64,000 bases of DNA from Ophelia neglecta (taxonomy: Eukaryota): positions 120,280,001 through 120,344,000 of the forward strand of contig OZ260662.1 in assembly GCA_965285935.1 (NCBI GenBank), in the 5' to 3' direction. Numbering within the stretch: the stretch's first letter is position 1; every line of letters starts with the position of its first letter. The notes under the pieces were generated by a model. It was given only the letters and a program-made list of their open reading frames with translations. It had not been told where the DNA came from and did no database searches. The position numbers and the translations under genes were made by a program. Positions 52,206 through 64,000 of the stretch are shown one piece after another.

Positions 52206-54164
52206 TCAGGCGAGGCTATGACATGAGATTGATGGGCGTCATAGAGGTTCGTGGGAAGATTCTAGCAGATAAACAAGGTTTAGATAGCCCCGGGGATGCA
52301 TTTGTGACGAATTGAGGGATTTGAGCGATATTTTCAAGGTTAGAGGGATGTCTAGGGATAGCCTAGGTGAATATTAGGATTAAGTAGAGTTTGGAACCTT
52401 TGCATGTAAAGAGGTACCATTTCCACAGGATTATAAGGACGAGAAGCAACCACTAAATACATATAACATGAAAGCAACTTCTGGAGGTTGCACAGAATTC
52501 AAGGCAATTGTAAAATACCGGATTTCTCAATATAATTAAGTATATTAATATGCTCAATATATTAAGTGAGTGCGGGCGTAAAGGAAAGGAAAGTAAATGT
52601 AGGAAAGAGTAGGGAGTGGAAAGTCCAGTGTTAGTGGTAGAACTTAATAAGAAATGCAACATGAATGGCAGGGGAATGAAACTTTATCATAAAAATGAAC
52701 CTTTCCATGGGCATGATTTCGTCTAGATTAGATTTGAGATTTTAGCTCACACAAAGTTACTAAATCTCATGAGAGGCTGGAGCGCCAATGATTAGTAGTT
52801 GTGTTGCCTCTCGTTCACCATCTCGGTGCCACAAATATGAAAACCTGTTAAAAGGTGAGAAGGTTTTGATTGATGACCATAGAGAAAGGACCATTGCCCA
52901 TTAATCAGATGGCACCCATTCCTCTGATTATTTTTGGCTGTGGAGTCACTATATCTGGCAGGACTTTTCCATCATACTTACCCATCGACCAATGCACAGA
53001 GGAATGGAAAATAACCCTAACCAAATCATACAAGCAAAAATAGTTCCAAGTCAGCACACAGAAAATCGAACCAAACCAGATCACAGTAAATTGAAAGAAT
53101 TGGGTTGATGGGATTCAACTCTTGACAAACACAAAGTGATTTTCGGCGCCAGTGATCAATCACTGTGTAAGAAGACTGGCAGGTCAACTTACCAAGGAAC
53201 CAGGCGAACCATTCTAGAAAGAACCGAGGGACTCGCTCTCACTCTAATTTCGTTAGCAGTTAATTTAGCCAGGTTGCAGTAACATATTCCTGACGAGAGG
53301 GACCGATTAAGTGGTTACTTCCTAATAACTATACACCACAAACGGTTTAAGCATAGGTCGTACAACCAGAATCAAAAAACCCTTTCATCCGTAAACACAA
53401 TACAATGCTGAACAACATACACTGATGCCCATATGTTTGTACCTAAAATATACTGAATTGCTTTTGGTTATATCGTGTCTAAATGTTATTCTTTCTATAA
53501 AAAGAAAGGAGTTGATAACTGTCAGCTAGACCATACTCAGCGATAATAATTGACTTATTTCATCTCTATCCTACGTTAACCACGGACTATTTGATCATTT
53601 TGTTCTGACCCTCCTCCCCGACCCCGCTCCAAGAGTCACAAGCCCAGCCACTTCTCGAGACCTTGACTTGATGCAAGTCTAGGTCTGTAAATTTCTTATG
53701 TTTATTAACAGTACAGGACAGTATATAAAAAATAAAAAAACTGACATGAAGCCAGGCTACTCCAGACCCTGCTCTTAGGGCCATGCCCTAGATCTTTTTT
53801 TCTCGACCTTGCTCCTGGGGTTAGAAATGGGGTCACTTAGCCATAGGTTTATTCGGATTTCTAAAGTCAGTAACGGGTACTGATGTTTTCAATATAATAG
53901 TTAGGTTTATCAATAATCATCTGACAATCCATTAATTCCCCATAACGAGATGTGGTTTATACATAGACACAAGAGAGGATAGACCTAGTTTAGACCCACT
54001 TGGCATGGTTGAATGTGTGAGCCGAGTTTGGCGCACTCGAGTGCGTTCGTCTAGATTCAGAGGATTTACCAGGGAGTTATAACAAAGCTGGGTCAAGTGA
54101 ATTTTTGAGGAGGCAAAAAGCAGTTTTAGCATCCTTACAATCAAACATGCTCTAGTCTTCTGCA

Positions 54165-56420
54165 GAAAGCTATGCCCTGTCCTGTGGTACACTGGAGCAT
54201 GTCCGGTGGTAAGCTACGCCCTGTCCTGTGGTCTACTGGACCATGCCCTCTGGTAAACTAGGCCATGTCTTGTGGTATTTGGGGTGCGGTCCTGTGGCGA
54301 GCTGCACCCTGTCCTGTGGTAAGCTGGGCCCTGTCCTGTGGTAAGCTGGGCCCTGTCCTGTGGTAAGCTGGGCCCTGTCCTGTGGTATGCTGGGCCCTGT
54401 CCTGTGGTAAGCTGGGCCCTGTCCTGTGGTAAGCTGGGCCCTGTCCTGTGGTATGCTGGGCCCTGTCCTGTGGTAAGCTGGGCCCTGTCCTGTGGTAAGC
54501 TACGCCCTGTCCTGTGGTCTACTGGACCATGTCCTCTGGTAAACTAGGCCATGTCTTGTGGTATTTGGGGTGCGGTCCTGTGGCGAGCTGCACCCTGTCC
54601 TGTGGTAAGCTGGGCCCTGTCCTGTGGTAAGCTGGGCCCTGTCCTGTGGTAAGCTGGGCCCTGTCCTGTGGTATGCTGGGCCCTGTCCTGTGGTAAGCTG
54701 GGCCCTGTCCTGTGGTAAGCTGGGCCCTGTCCTGTGGTAAGCTGCGCCCTGTCCTGTGGTAAGCTACGCCCTGTTCTGTGGTAAGCTGCGCCCTGTCCTG
54801 TGGTAAGCTGGACCCTGTCCTGTGATAAGCTAGGCCCCGTCTTGTGGTAATCTGGGCCCTGTCCTGTGGTAAGCTGGGCCCTGTCCCGTGGTAAGCTAGG
54901 CCCTGTCCTGTGGTAAGCTGGGCCCTGTCCCGTGGTAAGCTGGGCCCTGTCCTGTGGTAAGCTGCGCCCTGTCCTGTGGTAAGCTGGGCCCTGTCCCGTG
55001 GTAAGCTGGGCCCTGTCATGTGGTAAGCTGGGCCTGTCCTGTGGTAAGCTGGGCCCTGTCATGTGGTAAGCTGGGCCCTGTCCTGTGGTAAGCTGGGCCC
55101 TGTCCTGTGGTAAGCTAGGCCCTGTCCTGTGGTAAGCTGCGCCCTGTCCTGTGGTAAGCTGGGCCCTGTCCTGTGGTAAGCTGGGCCCTGTCCTGTGGTA
55201 AGCTACGCCCTGTCCTGTGGTAAGCTATGGCCCTGTCCTGTGGTAAGCTGCGCCCTGTCCTGTGGTAAGCTGGGCCCTGTCCCGTGGTAAGCTGCGCCCT
55301 GTCCTGTGGTAAGCTGGGTCCTGTCTTGTGGTAAGCTGGGCCCTGTCCTGTGGTAAGCTGGGTCCTGTCCTGTGGTAAGCTGGGTCCTGTCCTGTGGTAA
55401 GCTAGACCCTGTCCTGTAGTAAGCTGGGCCCTGTCCTGTGGTAAGCTGGACCCTGTCCTGTGGTAAGCTGGGCCTTGTCTTGTGGTAAGCTATGGCCCTG
55501 TCCTGTGGTAAGCTGCGCCCTGTCCTGTGGTAAGCTGGGCCCTGTCCTGTGGTAAGCTGGGCCCTGTCCTGTGGTAAGCTGGGTCCTGTCCTGTGGTAAG
55601 CTGCGCCCTGTCCTGTGGTAAGCTGGGCCCTGTCCTGTGGTAAGCTGGGCCCTGTCCTGTGGTAAGCTGCGCCCTGTCCTGTGGTAAGCTAGTCCCTGTC
55701 CCGTGGAAAGCTAGGCCCTGTTCTGTAATAAGCTGCGCCCTGTCCTGTGGTAAGTTGGGACCCGTCGTATGGGATGCTAAGCCCTGTCATGTGGTAAGCT
55801 ACGTCCTGTCATGTGGTAAGCTGGGCCTTGTCCTGTGGTAAGCTGCGCCCTGTCCTGTGGTAAGCTGGGCCCTGTCCTGTGGTAAGCTATGCCCTGTCCT
55901 GTGGTAAGCTGGGCCCTGTCCTGTGGTAAGCTGGGCCCTGTCCTGTGGTAAGCTAGGCCCTGTCCTGTGGTAAGCTATGCCCTGTCCTGTGGTAAGCTGC
56001 GCCCTGTCCTGTAGTAAGCTATGCCCTGTCCTGTGGCGAGCTGCGCCCCGTCCTGTGGTAAGCTGCGCCCTGTCCTGTGGTAAGCTAGTCCCTGTCCCGT
56101 GGAAAGCTAGGCCCTGTTCTGTGGTAAGCTGCGCCCTGTCCTGTGGTAAGTGGGGACCCGTCGTATGGGATGCTAAGCCCTGTCATGTGGTAAGCTACGT
56201 CCTGTCCTGTGGTAGGCTAGGTTCCGTCCTGTGGTAAGCATGGCCATGTCTAGTAGTAAGCTGGGCCCTGTCCTGTGGCTGCGGTAACCTGGCCCCTTTC
56301 CCTTGGTAAAATGGGCTCTGATCTGTGGTAAGCTGGGCCATTTCCTGTGTTAAGCTGCGCCCTGTCTTTTGGTAGGCTGGGTTCCGTCCTGTGGTATGCT
56401 GGACCCTGTCTACGGTCCTG
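54165..56420. repeat. 22-bp minisatellite (tgtcctgtggtaagctgggccc), ~100 copies, with higher-order blocks
   Basis: Period 22; a variant block repeats at 54211 and 54497 (286 bp = 13 units), and another at ~55670 and ~56060. Confidence 0.98.
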
Positions 56421-57855
56421 CTCTTCCCGCGCTGGGCATTCCATGTTCCATAGTTACTCCCCGCCCCCAATCCTTTGTGCGGGAGATTCCTCCTGTCTCG
56501 GCTCTCCCGCTCGGTCTCCAAGCTCCCTAAATCTCTTCGTTCCGTGATCCTCCCTCACGGTATACCCAGTGTAAGGTGCCGGCTCACCCAGCGTGCTGGG
56601 AATACCAGCCCCCAAGCATTGCCTGCCCCAATTCCCGATGTCTTCTGCCTCGGCTCCCCTGCTCGGTATCCAAGCTCCCCCAATCTCCCCCAATCTCCCC
56701 CAATATTCACCGATCCATCCTCATCGGATAACCAGTGTGAGGTCTCCCTGTATTCCAGCCCCGATAGTCACTCCTGGTAACCAAAATCTACACACTAAAA
56801 TCCAAATGTGGGAGATGCCTACTGTCCTAGCTCGCCTGCTCAGTAACTCCCGTCAACCCCCCCCCCCCCCCCAATCCACCCACATCCCCAGAGTCGCAAA
56901 TTACTTACCCAAGGACACCTTGTGCGACACAATCACCGCCAATCGAATTTACTGCCATCAACAATACCCATTCACATCTCAAATTTCACCGGAGAGCAAA
57001 AACAGAAGGAGCGTTCAGATTTAATTAAAGGAACAGCACACAGAAAAACGTGTCCCGGGGCCGAGCTGGAGAGCACAGCCAACAAGTGTAACTTCCAGCT
57101 GAACGAGTCTGGAGCCTCAGGCAGTTTGCTGCAATGTTCAGGAAAAAACCTCATTCTTTCCATTATCATCATGCTCATAAAGACACTGAAGGTTCTCCGT
57201 TGGAGGGAAGCTAATACGTTTAGTGTAGCGTCGGTGACATCAGACAGAACTGTTTCAAGAGCTCGGTTGAGTGTGGCGTGAAGAAGAATACTCAACTCAA
57301 CTATAACTTAGTCACAAAAGCCAGCTGGCAAATCAACTTTATATATTTTTGTGATTGATATTTGCTGTTTTTGGGTTAATTTTATTATTGCGTGTGCTTT
57401 AAAAATATCCCACATAATATTCTCCAACCGCATGGGTTGCGGTCTTTACAACGTCCCATTTGATCTAATGCTCGGAAACTTGGAAAATCTGTCAGTAACA
57501 CTATTTGGTCCATGAATATATAGCAAAACAAAGTATTATTCTTTTAAACAACTTCCTGCTTCACCGGTGATATAATCGGGAGTGCCTAGTGAGCACACAA
57601 ACCGAACCTAAACAATTAAATTAAACAACTAATTACGAACCATCAACTTTTGGCTCACCAGGACACAATAGGTTTTATAGTCATATATTGTTGTCCAGTA
57701 CTGTCCTTGTGTTGAAGTTTTGTAGCCATATTTCGAGCAGTAGTTGGCATGTATACCGGCTTGAGTCCATGTCCGGGCAGTGTGAAAATGTATAGCAACC
57801 TCGATTAAAGGCCTTGGTGTAGTAACAATGAATATTCCGGCCTGATCCATGTCTG

Positions 57856-58345
57856 GGCGGTGTGACAATTCACAACCTCAGAGGCATACTTAACTACAGA
57901 TCAGACCAGTAATAGTGTAGTTGAACTTGTCCGAGACATCTCTGAAAACGTTATGACCCCTTCAACCACATCGCTGACCGCATTATGACCCCTTCAGCCA
58001 CATCTGTGACCACGTTATGACCCCTTCAGCCACATCTCTGACCACGTTATGACCCCGTCAGCCCAATCTCTCAGACCTTTGCTTGGGGCTTTGTGTGTTG
58101 GCCTTTGGCTGACGGGTCCTTGAGATTGTTGTTTGTTGGCTGGCGGTTGACGGGTCCTGGTAATTGTTTTTTTGTGGGCCGGCAGATGACGGGACAAGGG
58201 AGATGATGTCTTTGGGTTTGCTGCTGAAGGATCCCGGTGATTGCTGTTTGTGTGTCTGCAGCTGAAGGTTCCTGGGGATTGACGTATGTGGGCCTGCAGC
58301 TGACGATCCGTGATGAATTCGGACTGATTTAATCAACTAGTCTTG
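57856..58345 (-). mobile_element. Inverted, short-array copy of the composite 38-bp/32-bp element at 28563-30060
   Basis: Reverse complements of both unit types in the same order, plus homologous non-repetitive flanks at both ends. Confidence 0.75.
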
Positions 58346-59309
58346 TTTGATGATTTACTTGATCTGCTAGGTATCCATTCCCCATTTTGTACTCTTATAC
58401 TTAGTGATAAAAATGTCCAAGCTAAATAATATTTTTTTAAAGTAGCTGCTGTCATACAGTGCAATGACCAATAGTGGGCTATACAACCTACCCAGCGTGG
58501 CAATTCTGACAGGCTTTAATGTCCATGCACTGTAGAAATCAAGCCATACACATGAATCAGACCTACAAGGCTGGGTTAATTGAAAACCAGTCCAGATCTG
58601 TTTATTGCGTAGCCACAGACAATAAAGACAGACCATATAAAAGCACTGGACGCCTCCAATTTGTTAGCTTCCGAGTCAGTAAACAGCGACCGTTTGTATC
58701 TCTAGTTTACAGACAAGACCTGAATTTGTTATTCATGTCATGTTAAGGCCGGAAACCAAGAAACAGTAAAAAGTGCAACTTCATTCATCTAATTCACAGG
58801 CAATTTCCCTCCTATACTCAGATTGTTGGCTTTAACCAACCATCTAGGCATCTGAGAGTCCACTCATGATCCACTGAATTACCATAAAAACCAGGGGGTT
58901 TTAAACAATCTAGAGGTGGGTCTTGTACTGAATATTACATAGGAAGCTACATGCTTGGTGTAGGTTGTTTAATGCAGGCACAAACAAACACCAAGACGGC
59001 TCGCAATCCCTGGGAGTCGAAAGTAGTCCTCAGGGTCAATAAGACAAGAGTGACAAGTTGGCGGACTATCAGTTCATGACAACACTGGGTCTTAATGGAG
59101 CCTCTGGGAAGACGAGGGTGGCTTTAATGATATAATACAGGTTGACTTCATTGCTCTACGTCACTGAACAAAAAGGACCCTTTAAATACATTTGGATGTA
59201 GAGAGTAACAGTTATGTCATTGCCTGCTGTTACATGACCAATTAGTTAAAGATACCGGTCCAAAACCAAACAGACCTATGTGACAGCATACATTTAACAG
59301 ACACTATAC

Positions 59310-59800
59310 ATAATCCACAAGTGTTGTTTGGGTCCATAAGGCTAGAGCCTTAGACCAATCCCATAAGTGTTAGCTGAGTCCAGAAAGGTCAGAAAGTCTA
59401 ATCCCACGAGTGTTACCTGCGCCATAAGGTCAGAAGACCGATCCCGTGAGCGCTACCTGCGCCCATAAGGACAGAAGACCACTCTCACAAGTGTTATCTG
59501 CGCTCATAAGGACAGAAGACCACTCTCACAAGTGTTAGCTGAGCCCATAAAGTCAGAAGACCACTCTCACAAGTGTTACCTGCGCCCGTAAGGACAGAAG
59601 ACCACTCTCACAAGTGTTACCAGCGCCCGTAAGGACAGAGGACCACTCTCACCAGTGTTAGCTGAGCCCGTAAAGCCAGAAGACCGATCCCAGGAGTGTT
59701 TCCTGCGCTCATGAGGGCAGACGACCAATCTCACGAGTTTTGCCGCGCTCACAGAGTCAGAAGACCAATCCTACGAGTGTTACCTGCGCCCTTATGACCG
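59310..59800. repeat. 41-bp minisatellite (ataaggacagaagaccactctcacaagtgttacctgcgccc); second copy at ~62195-62680
   Basis: Units seen directly. Confidence 0.9.
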
Positions 59801-60619
59801 GACGCTAGGACTTATTATCAGCAAGGTAATAAACAGGTGTTTTCAAAGCCCACCTCTATCTCACGTCTCATACAAGACTGCAGGATAAGGAAAAGAAAAG
59901 TCATATTATTTATAAAACAAAAAAGATAATAAGGCCAAGTCGTGGTGAACACTTGTAAACTAAGGACATCATCTGGTAACCTGGTGAGCGAGGAGGAGTG
60001 TTGGGGGAACAGTAGATTTACTGTTTTATGTATGACTGGATGGCGGGGATACCTGTATAATACAAACAAGTGCGTATCCGATAAAACAGTGCATCACAAT
60101 GGCCCCCGAGGTAGCCACATCCTGAAGACGCCCCCCCCCCCCCCCATTGGTTATCACTGCAGACCAATGCCTTCTCGATTGATCGGCCAGTCCTAACCTT
60201 CTCAGTGGTAGTTCTAACCATCAGACTTGTTTGATGGACAACTGAGCCAAGCGGAGGCCCTCATTACTGCCACAATACATCAGGTATTAATGCAAACCCT
60301 TACCCGGTCCCTAACCACCCGTCCTGGTTGATAGACTACTAAGCCAAGCTTGAGAGGTCATCAGACCCTCATCAAAGCCACAATACATCAGTTCCAGCTG
60401 GTTACAAGGGCCAATCCTGCCACAATACATCAGAGACAATAGACCCTGGGAGCACTGAACTCAAGCAGACATCACAATATATTCATCAAATCTATAGGGT
60501 TCATAACACATTTAGACCATATAGAAATGATGATCACGAACAGAACTGCTTGGAAGCATTGGTTCACTACAGAAACTGTTTGTGTCAGAATAGTTAGAAA
60601 ACTGCAATAGACTGAAAAA

Positions 60620-61055
60620 GATCACAGACACCGGCTTATTCCATGGGCCGGAGACCAGCTAATACCATGGACCAGATACCGACTTTTACCATGCGACAGA
60701 TACTGGCTCATACCCTGGGCAAGATACCGACTTTTACCAAGGGCCAGATACCGGTTTATACCAAGAGCCAGATACCGGTTTATACAAAGGGCCAGATACT
60801 GGCTTATACCATAGGCAAGATACCGGTTTATACCATGGGCCAGATACCAGCTTATACAATGGGCCAGATACTGGCCTATACCAAGGTACCGTCTTATACA
60901 TATGGACAGATAACGGTTTATTCCAAGGGACATATAACGGTTTATACCATAGGCCAGAGACCATGGGCCAGATACTGGCAAATGCCATGAGATGGATACC
61001 AGCTTATAACGTGGGTTGGATACAGTATTATTCCATGGTCAGATACTAACTTATA
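60620..61055. repeat. 24-bp minisatellite (ccagataccggcttataccatggg); second copy at 63511-64000
   Basis: Units seen directly. Confidence 0.9.
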
Positions 61056-64000
61056 TGAAGAGTAAAACTCTGACAGAGAAATTAAAATCTACAATCGACG
61101 AAATTGTGTGAATACCTGGCAGGCGACCAAACTCTAAATTATATAATGAGTGAATACCTGACTGACAAACAAAACTTAGTGGTGAAGTTAAATAACTTTT
61201 ATTCTTCAATTCCAATTGGCTCTAATCTCTAGCGTTAAAACGTCCCTGCTTAATATAGTTACCCACAGATGAAGCAGCTGCGGTTGTCTTCTACAATTAG
61301 GTCTCATCCAGAGCTATTACCATTAGAGAGTTATAAAACCCACCCAGTGTGGCAGTTCTCACACTTTTTATTATTGCACATGCTTTGCAAGACAAGCCAT
61401 GCATATGGATCAGACCTAATGAGCCTATAAGGCTGGGCTAATTGAAAACCAGTCCAAATCGGTTTATTGCCTAGCCACAGACAATAAAGACATACTATAG
61501 AATAGCACTGGACGCCTCCACTTTGTTAGATTCCGAGTCAGTAAACAGCGGCCGTTTGTATCTCTAGTTTACAGACAGGACCTGAATTTGTTATTCATGT
61601 CATGTTAAGGCCGGAAACCAAGAAACAGTAAAAAGTGCAACTTCATTCATCTAATTCACAGGCAATTTCCCTCCTCAATTCAGATTGCTGGCTTTAACCA
61701 ACCATCTAGGCATCTGAGAGTCCACTCATGATCCACTGAATTACCATAAAAAAAACCCGGAGGGTTTAAACAATCTAGAGGTGGGTCTTGTACTGAATAT
61801 TACATAGGAAGCTACATGTTTGGTGTAGGTTGTTTAGTGCAGGCTCAAACAAGACAGCAAGCAGCCACCAAAGGCTGATGGCCTTCCACAACCTGCAAGT
61901 TTGAGGTAGGCTTCAGGGTCAATAAGACAAGGGTGACAAGTTGGCGGACTAACAGTTCATGACAACACTGGGTCTTAATGGAGCCTCTGGGAAGACGAGG
62001 GTATCTTTAATGATTTAATTCAGGTTGACTTCATTGCTCTACGTCACTAAACAAAAAGTACCATTTAAATACATTTGGATTTAGAGAGGAACAGTTATGT
62101 CATTGCCTGCTGTTACATGAGCAATTAGATTAAGAGACGGGTCCAAACCCAAAACAGACCTATGTGACAGCATATATTCAACAGACACTATACATAATCC
62201 ACACGTGTTGTTTGGGTCCATAAGGCTAGAGCTTTAGACCAATCCCATAAGTGTTAGCCGAGTCCATAAGGTCAGAAAGTCCAATCCCACGAGTGTTACC
62301 TGCGCCATAAGGTCAGAAGACCAATCCCGTGAGCGCTACCTGCGCCCATAAGGACAGAAGACCACTCTCACAAGTGTTACCTGCGCAATAAGGTCAGAAG
62401 ACCACTCTCACAAGTGTTACCTGCGCCCATAAGGACTGAAGACCACTCTCACAAGTGTTACCTGCGCTCATAAGGACAGAAGACTACTCTCACAAGTGTT
62501 TCCTGCGCTCATAAGGACAGAAGACCACTCTCACCAGTGTTAGCTGAGCCCGTAAAGCCAGAAGACCGATCCCAGGAGTGTTTCCTGCGCTCATAAGGGC
62601 AGAAGACCAATCTCACGAGTTTTGCCGCGCCCACAGAGTCAGAAGACCAATCCCAAGAGTGTTACCTGCGCCCTTATGTCTGGACGCTAGGACTAATTAT
62701 CAGCAAAGTAATATACAGGTGTTTTCAAAGCCCACCTCTACCTCACGTCTCATACAAGACTGCAGGATAAGGAAAAGAAAAGTCATTTTATTTCAAAACA
62801 AAAAAGATAATAAGGCCAAGTCGTGGTGAACACTTGTAAACTACTAAGGACATCACCTGGTAACCTGGTGAGCGAGGAGGAGTGTTGGGAACAGTAGATT
62901 TACTGTTTTATGTATGACTGGATGGCGGGGATACCTGTATAATACAAACAAGTGCGTATCTGATAAAACAGTTCATCACAATGGCCCCCGAGGTAGCCAC
63001 ATCCTGAAGACGCCCCCCCCCCCCCTCCCCATTGGTTATCACTGCAGACCAATGCCTTCTCGATTGATCGGCCAGTCCTAACCTTCTTAGTGGTAGTTCT
63101 AACCATCAGACTTGTTTGATTGACAACTGAGCCAAGCGGAGGCCCTCATTACTGCCACAATACATCAGGTATTAATGCAAACCCTTACCCGGTCCCTAAC
63201 CACCCGTCCTGGTTGATAAACTACTAAGCCAAGCTTGAGAGGTCATCAGACCCTCATCAAAGCCACAATACATCAGTTTCAGCTGGTTACAAGGGCCAAT
63301 CCTGCCACAATACATCAGAGACAATAGACCCTGGGAGCACTGAACTCAAGCAGACATCACAATATATTCATCAAATCTATAGGGTTCATAACACATTTAG
63401 GCCATATAGAAATGATGATCACGAACAGAACTGCTTGGAAGCATTAGTATTAGTTCACTACAGAAACTGTTTGTGTCAGAATAGTGAGAAAACTGCAATA
63501 GACTGAATAAGATCACAGATACCGGCTTATATCATGGGCCGGAGACCAGCTAATACCATGGACCAGATACCGGCTTATACCATGGGCAAGATACTGGCTT
63601 ATACCAAGGGACAGATACTGGCTTATACCAAGGGACAGATACTGGCTTATACCATAGGTGAGATACCGGTTTATACCATGGACCACATACTGGCTTATAC
63701 CATAGGCGAGATACCGGTTTATACCATAGGACAGATACCAGCATATACCATGGCCCAGACACCGGCTTTTACCAAGGGACAGATAACGGTTTATACCATG
63801 GCCTAGATACCAGCTTTTACCATGGGCAAGATACCGGCTTATACCATGGGACAGATACTGGCTTATACCATGGGACAGATGCTGGCTTATACCATGGGAC
63901 AGATACTGGCTTATACCAAAGGACAGATACCAGCTTATACAATGGGCAAGATACCAGCTTACCAGCTTATACCATGGGCCAGAAACTGGCCTAAATATAC

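Larger units (their letters stand above)
58490..64000. repeat. ~2.85-2.9-kb tandem segmental duplication (copy 1 58490 to ~61050; copy 2 61342 to beyond 64000); each copy holds a 41-bp array and a 24-bp array
   Basis: Colinear anchors: acccag.gtggca 58490/61342, ccactgaattaccataaaa 58871/61733, gatcacaga 60620/63511. Confidence 0.95.

Noticed and set aside
54338-56521. Repetitive ORFs of up to 172 aa
   Set aside because: By-products of the 22-bp array; the same applies to ORFs in 41674-43244, 60622-60990 and 63534-63806
56972-57295. 107-aa minus-strand ORF as a CAPON exon or separate gene
   Set aside because: No recognisable homology, and it stops before the nearby donor site
49267-64000. 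N-terminal CAPON exons (…GSLDVPRP…EIVAAMRRIR)
   Set aside because: Not found in the ORF track or by eye; probably beyond the window, although a short exon could have been missed

Overview
This is eukaryotic (metazoan, probably invertebrate) genomic DNA, not prokaryotic. The only host gene I can support is a CAPON/NOS1AP-like (dyc-1 family) PTB-domain adaptor on the minus strand. Nine coding exons (49266 to 39455) splice by GT-AG junctions into one 730-aa open frame. I did not find the N-terminal exons, which probably lie beyond position 64000. The first ~39 kb has no supportable host gene. It holds a 5'-truncated, young-looking L2/CR1-group LINE (11707-14907), an older LINE relic (5886-6545), a related LINE 3'-end fragment, several MITE-like elements, a tRNA-derived SINE head and many minisatellites. 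The last 5.5 kb is a ~2.9-kb tandem duplication. I found no CRISPR array, rRNA or intact tRNA, and no demonstrably new system. The best leads are: (i) a dispersed element carrying two independently expanding minisatellites; (ii) a covarying 3'-UTR stem-loop shared by two LINE ends; (iii) a local duplication that may create an in-frame 15-nt microexon in CAPON; (iv) a CAPON C-terminus with endocytic DPF/NPF motifs and no PDZ ligand; (v) an intronic satellite carrying ~20 CRE palindromes.
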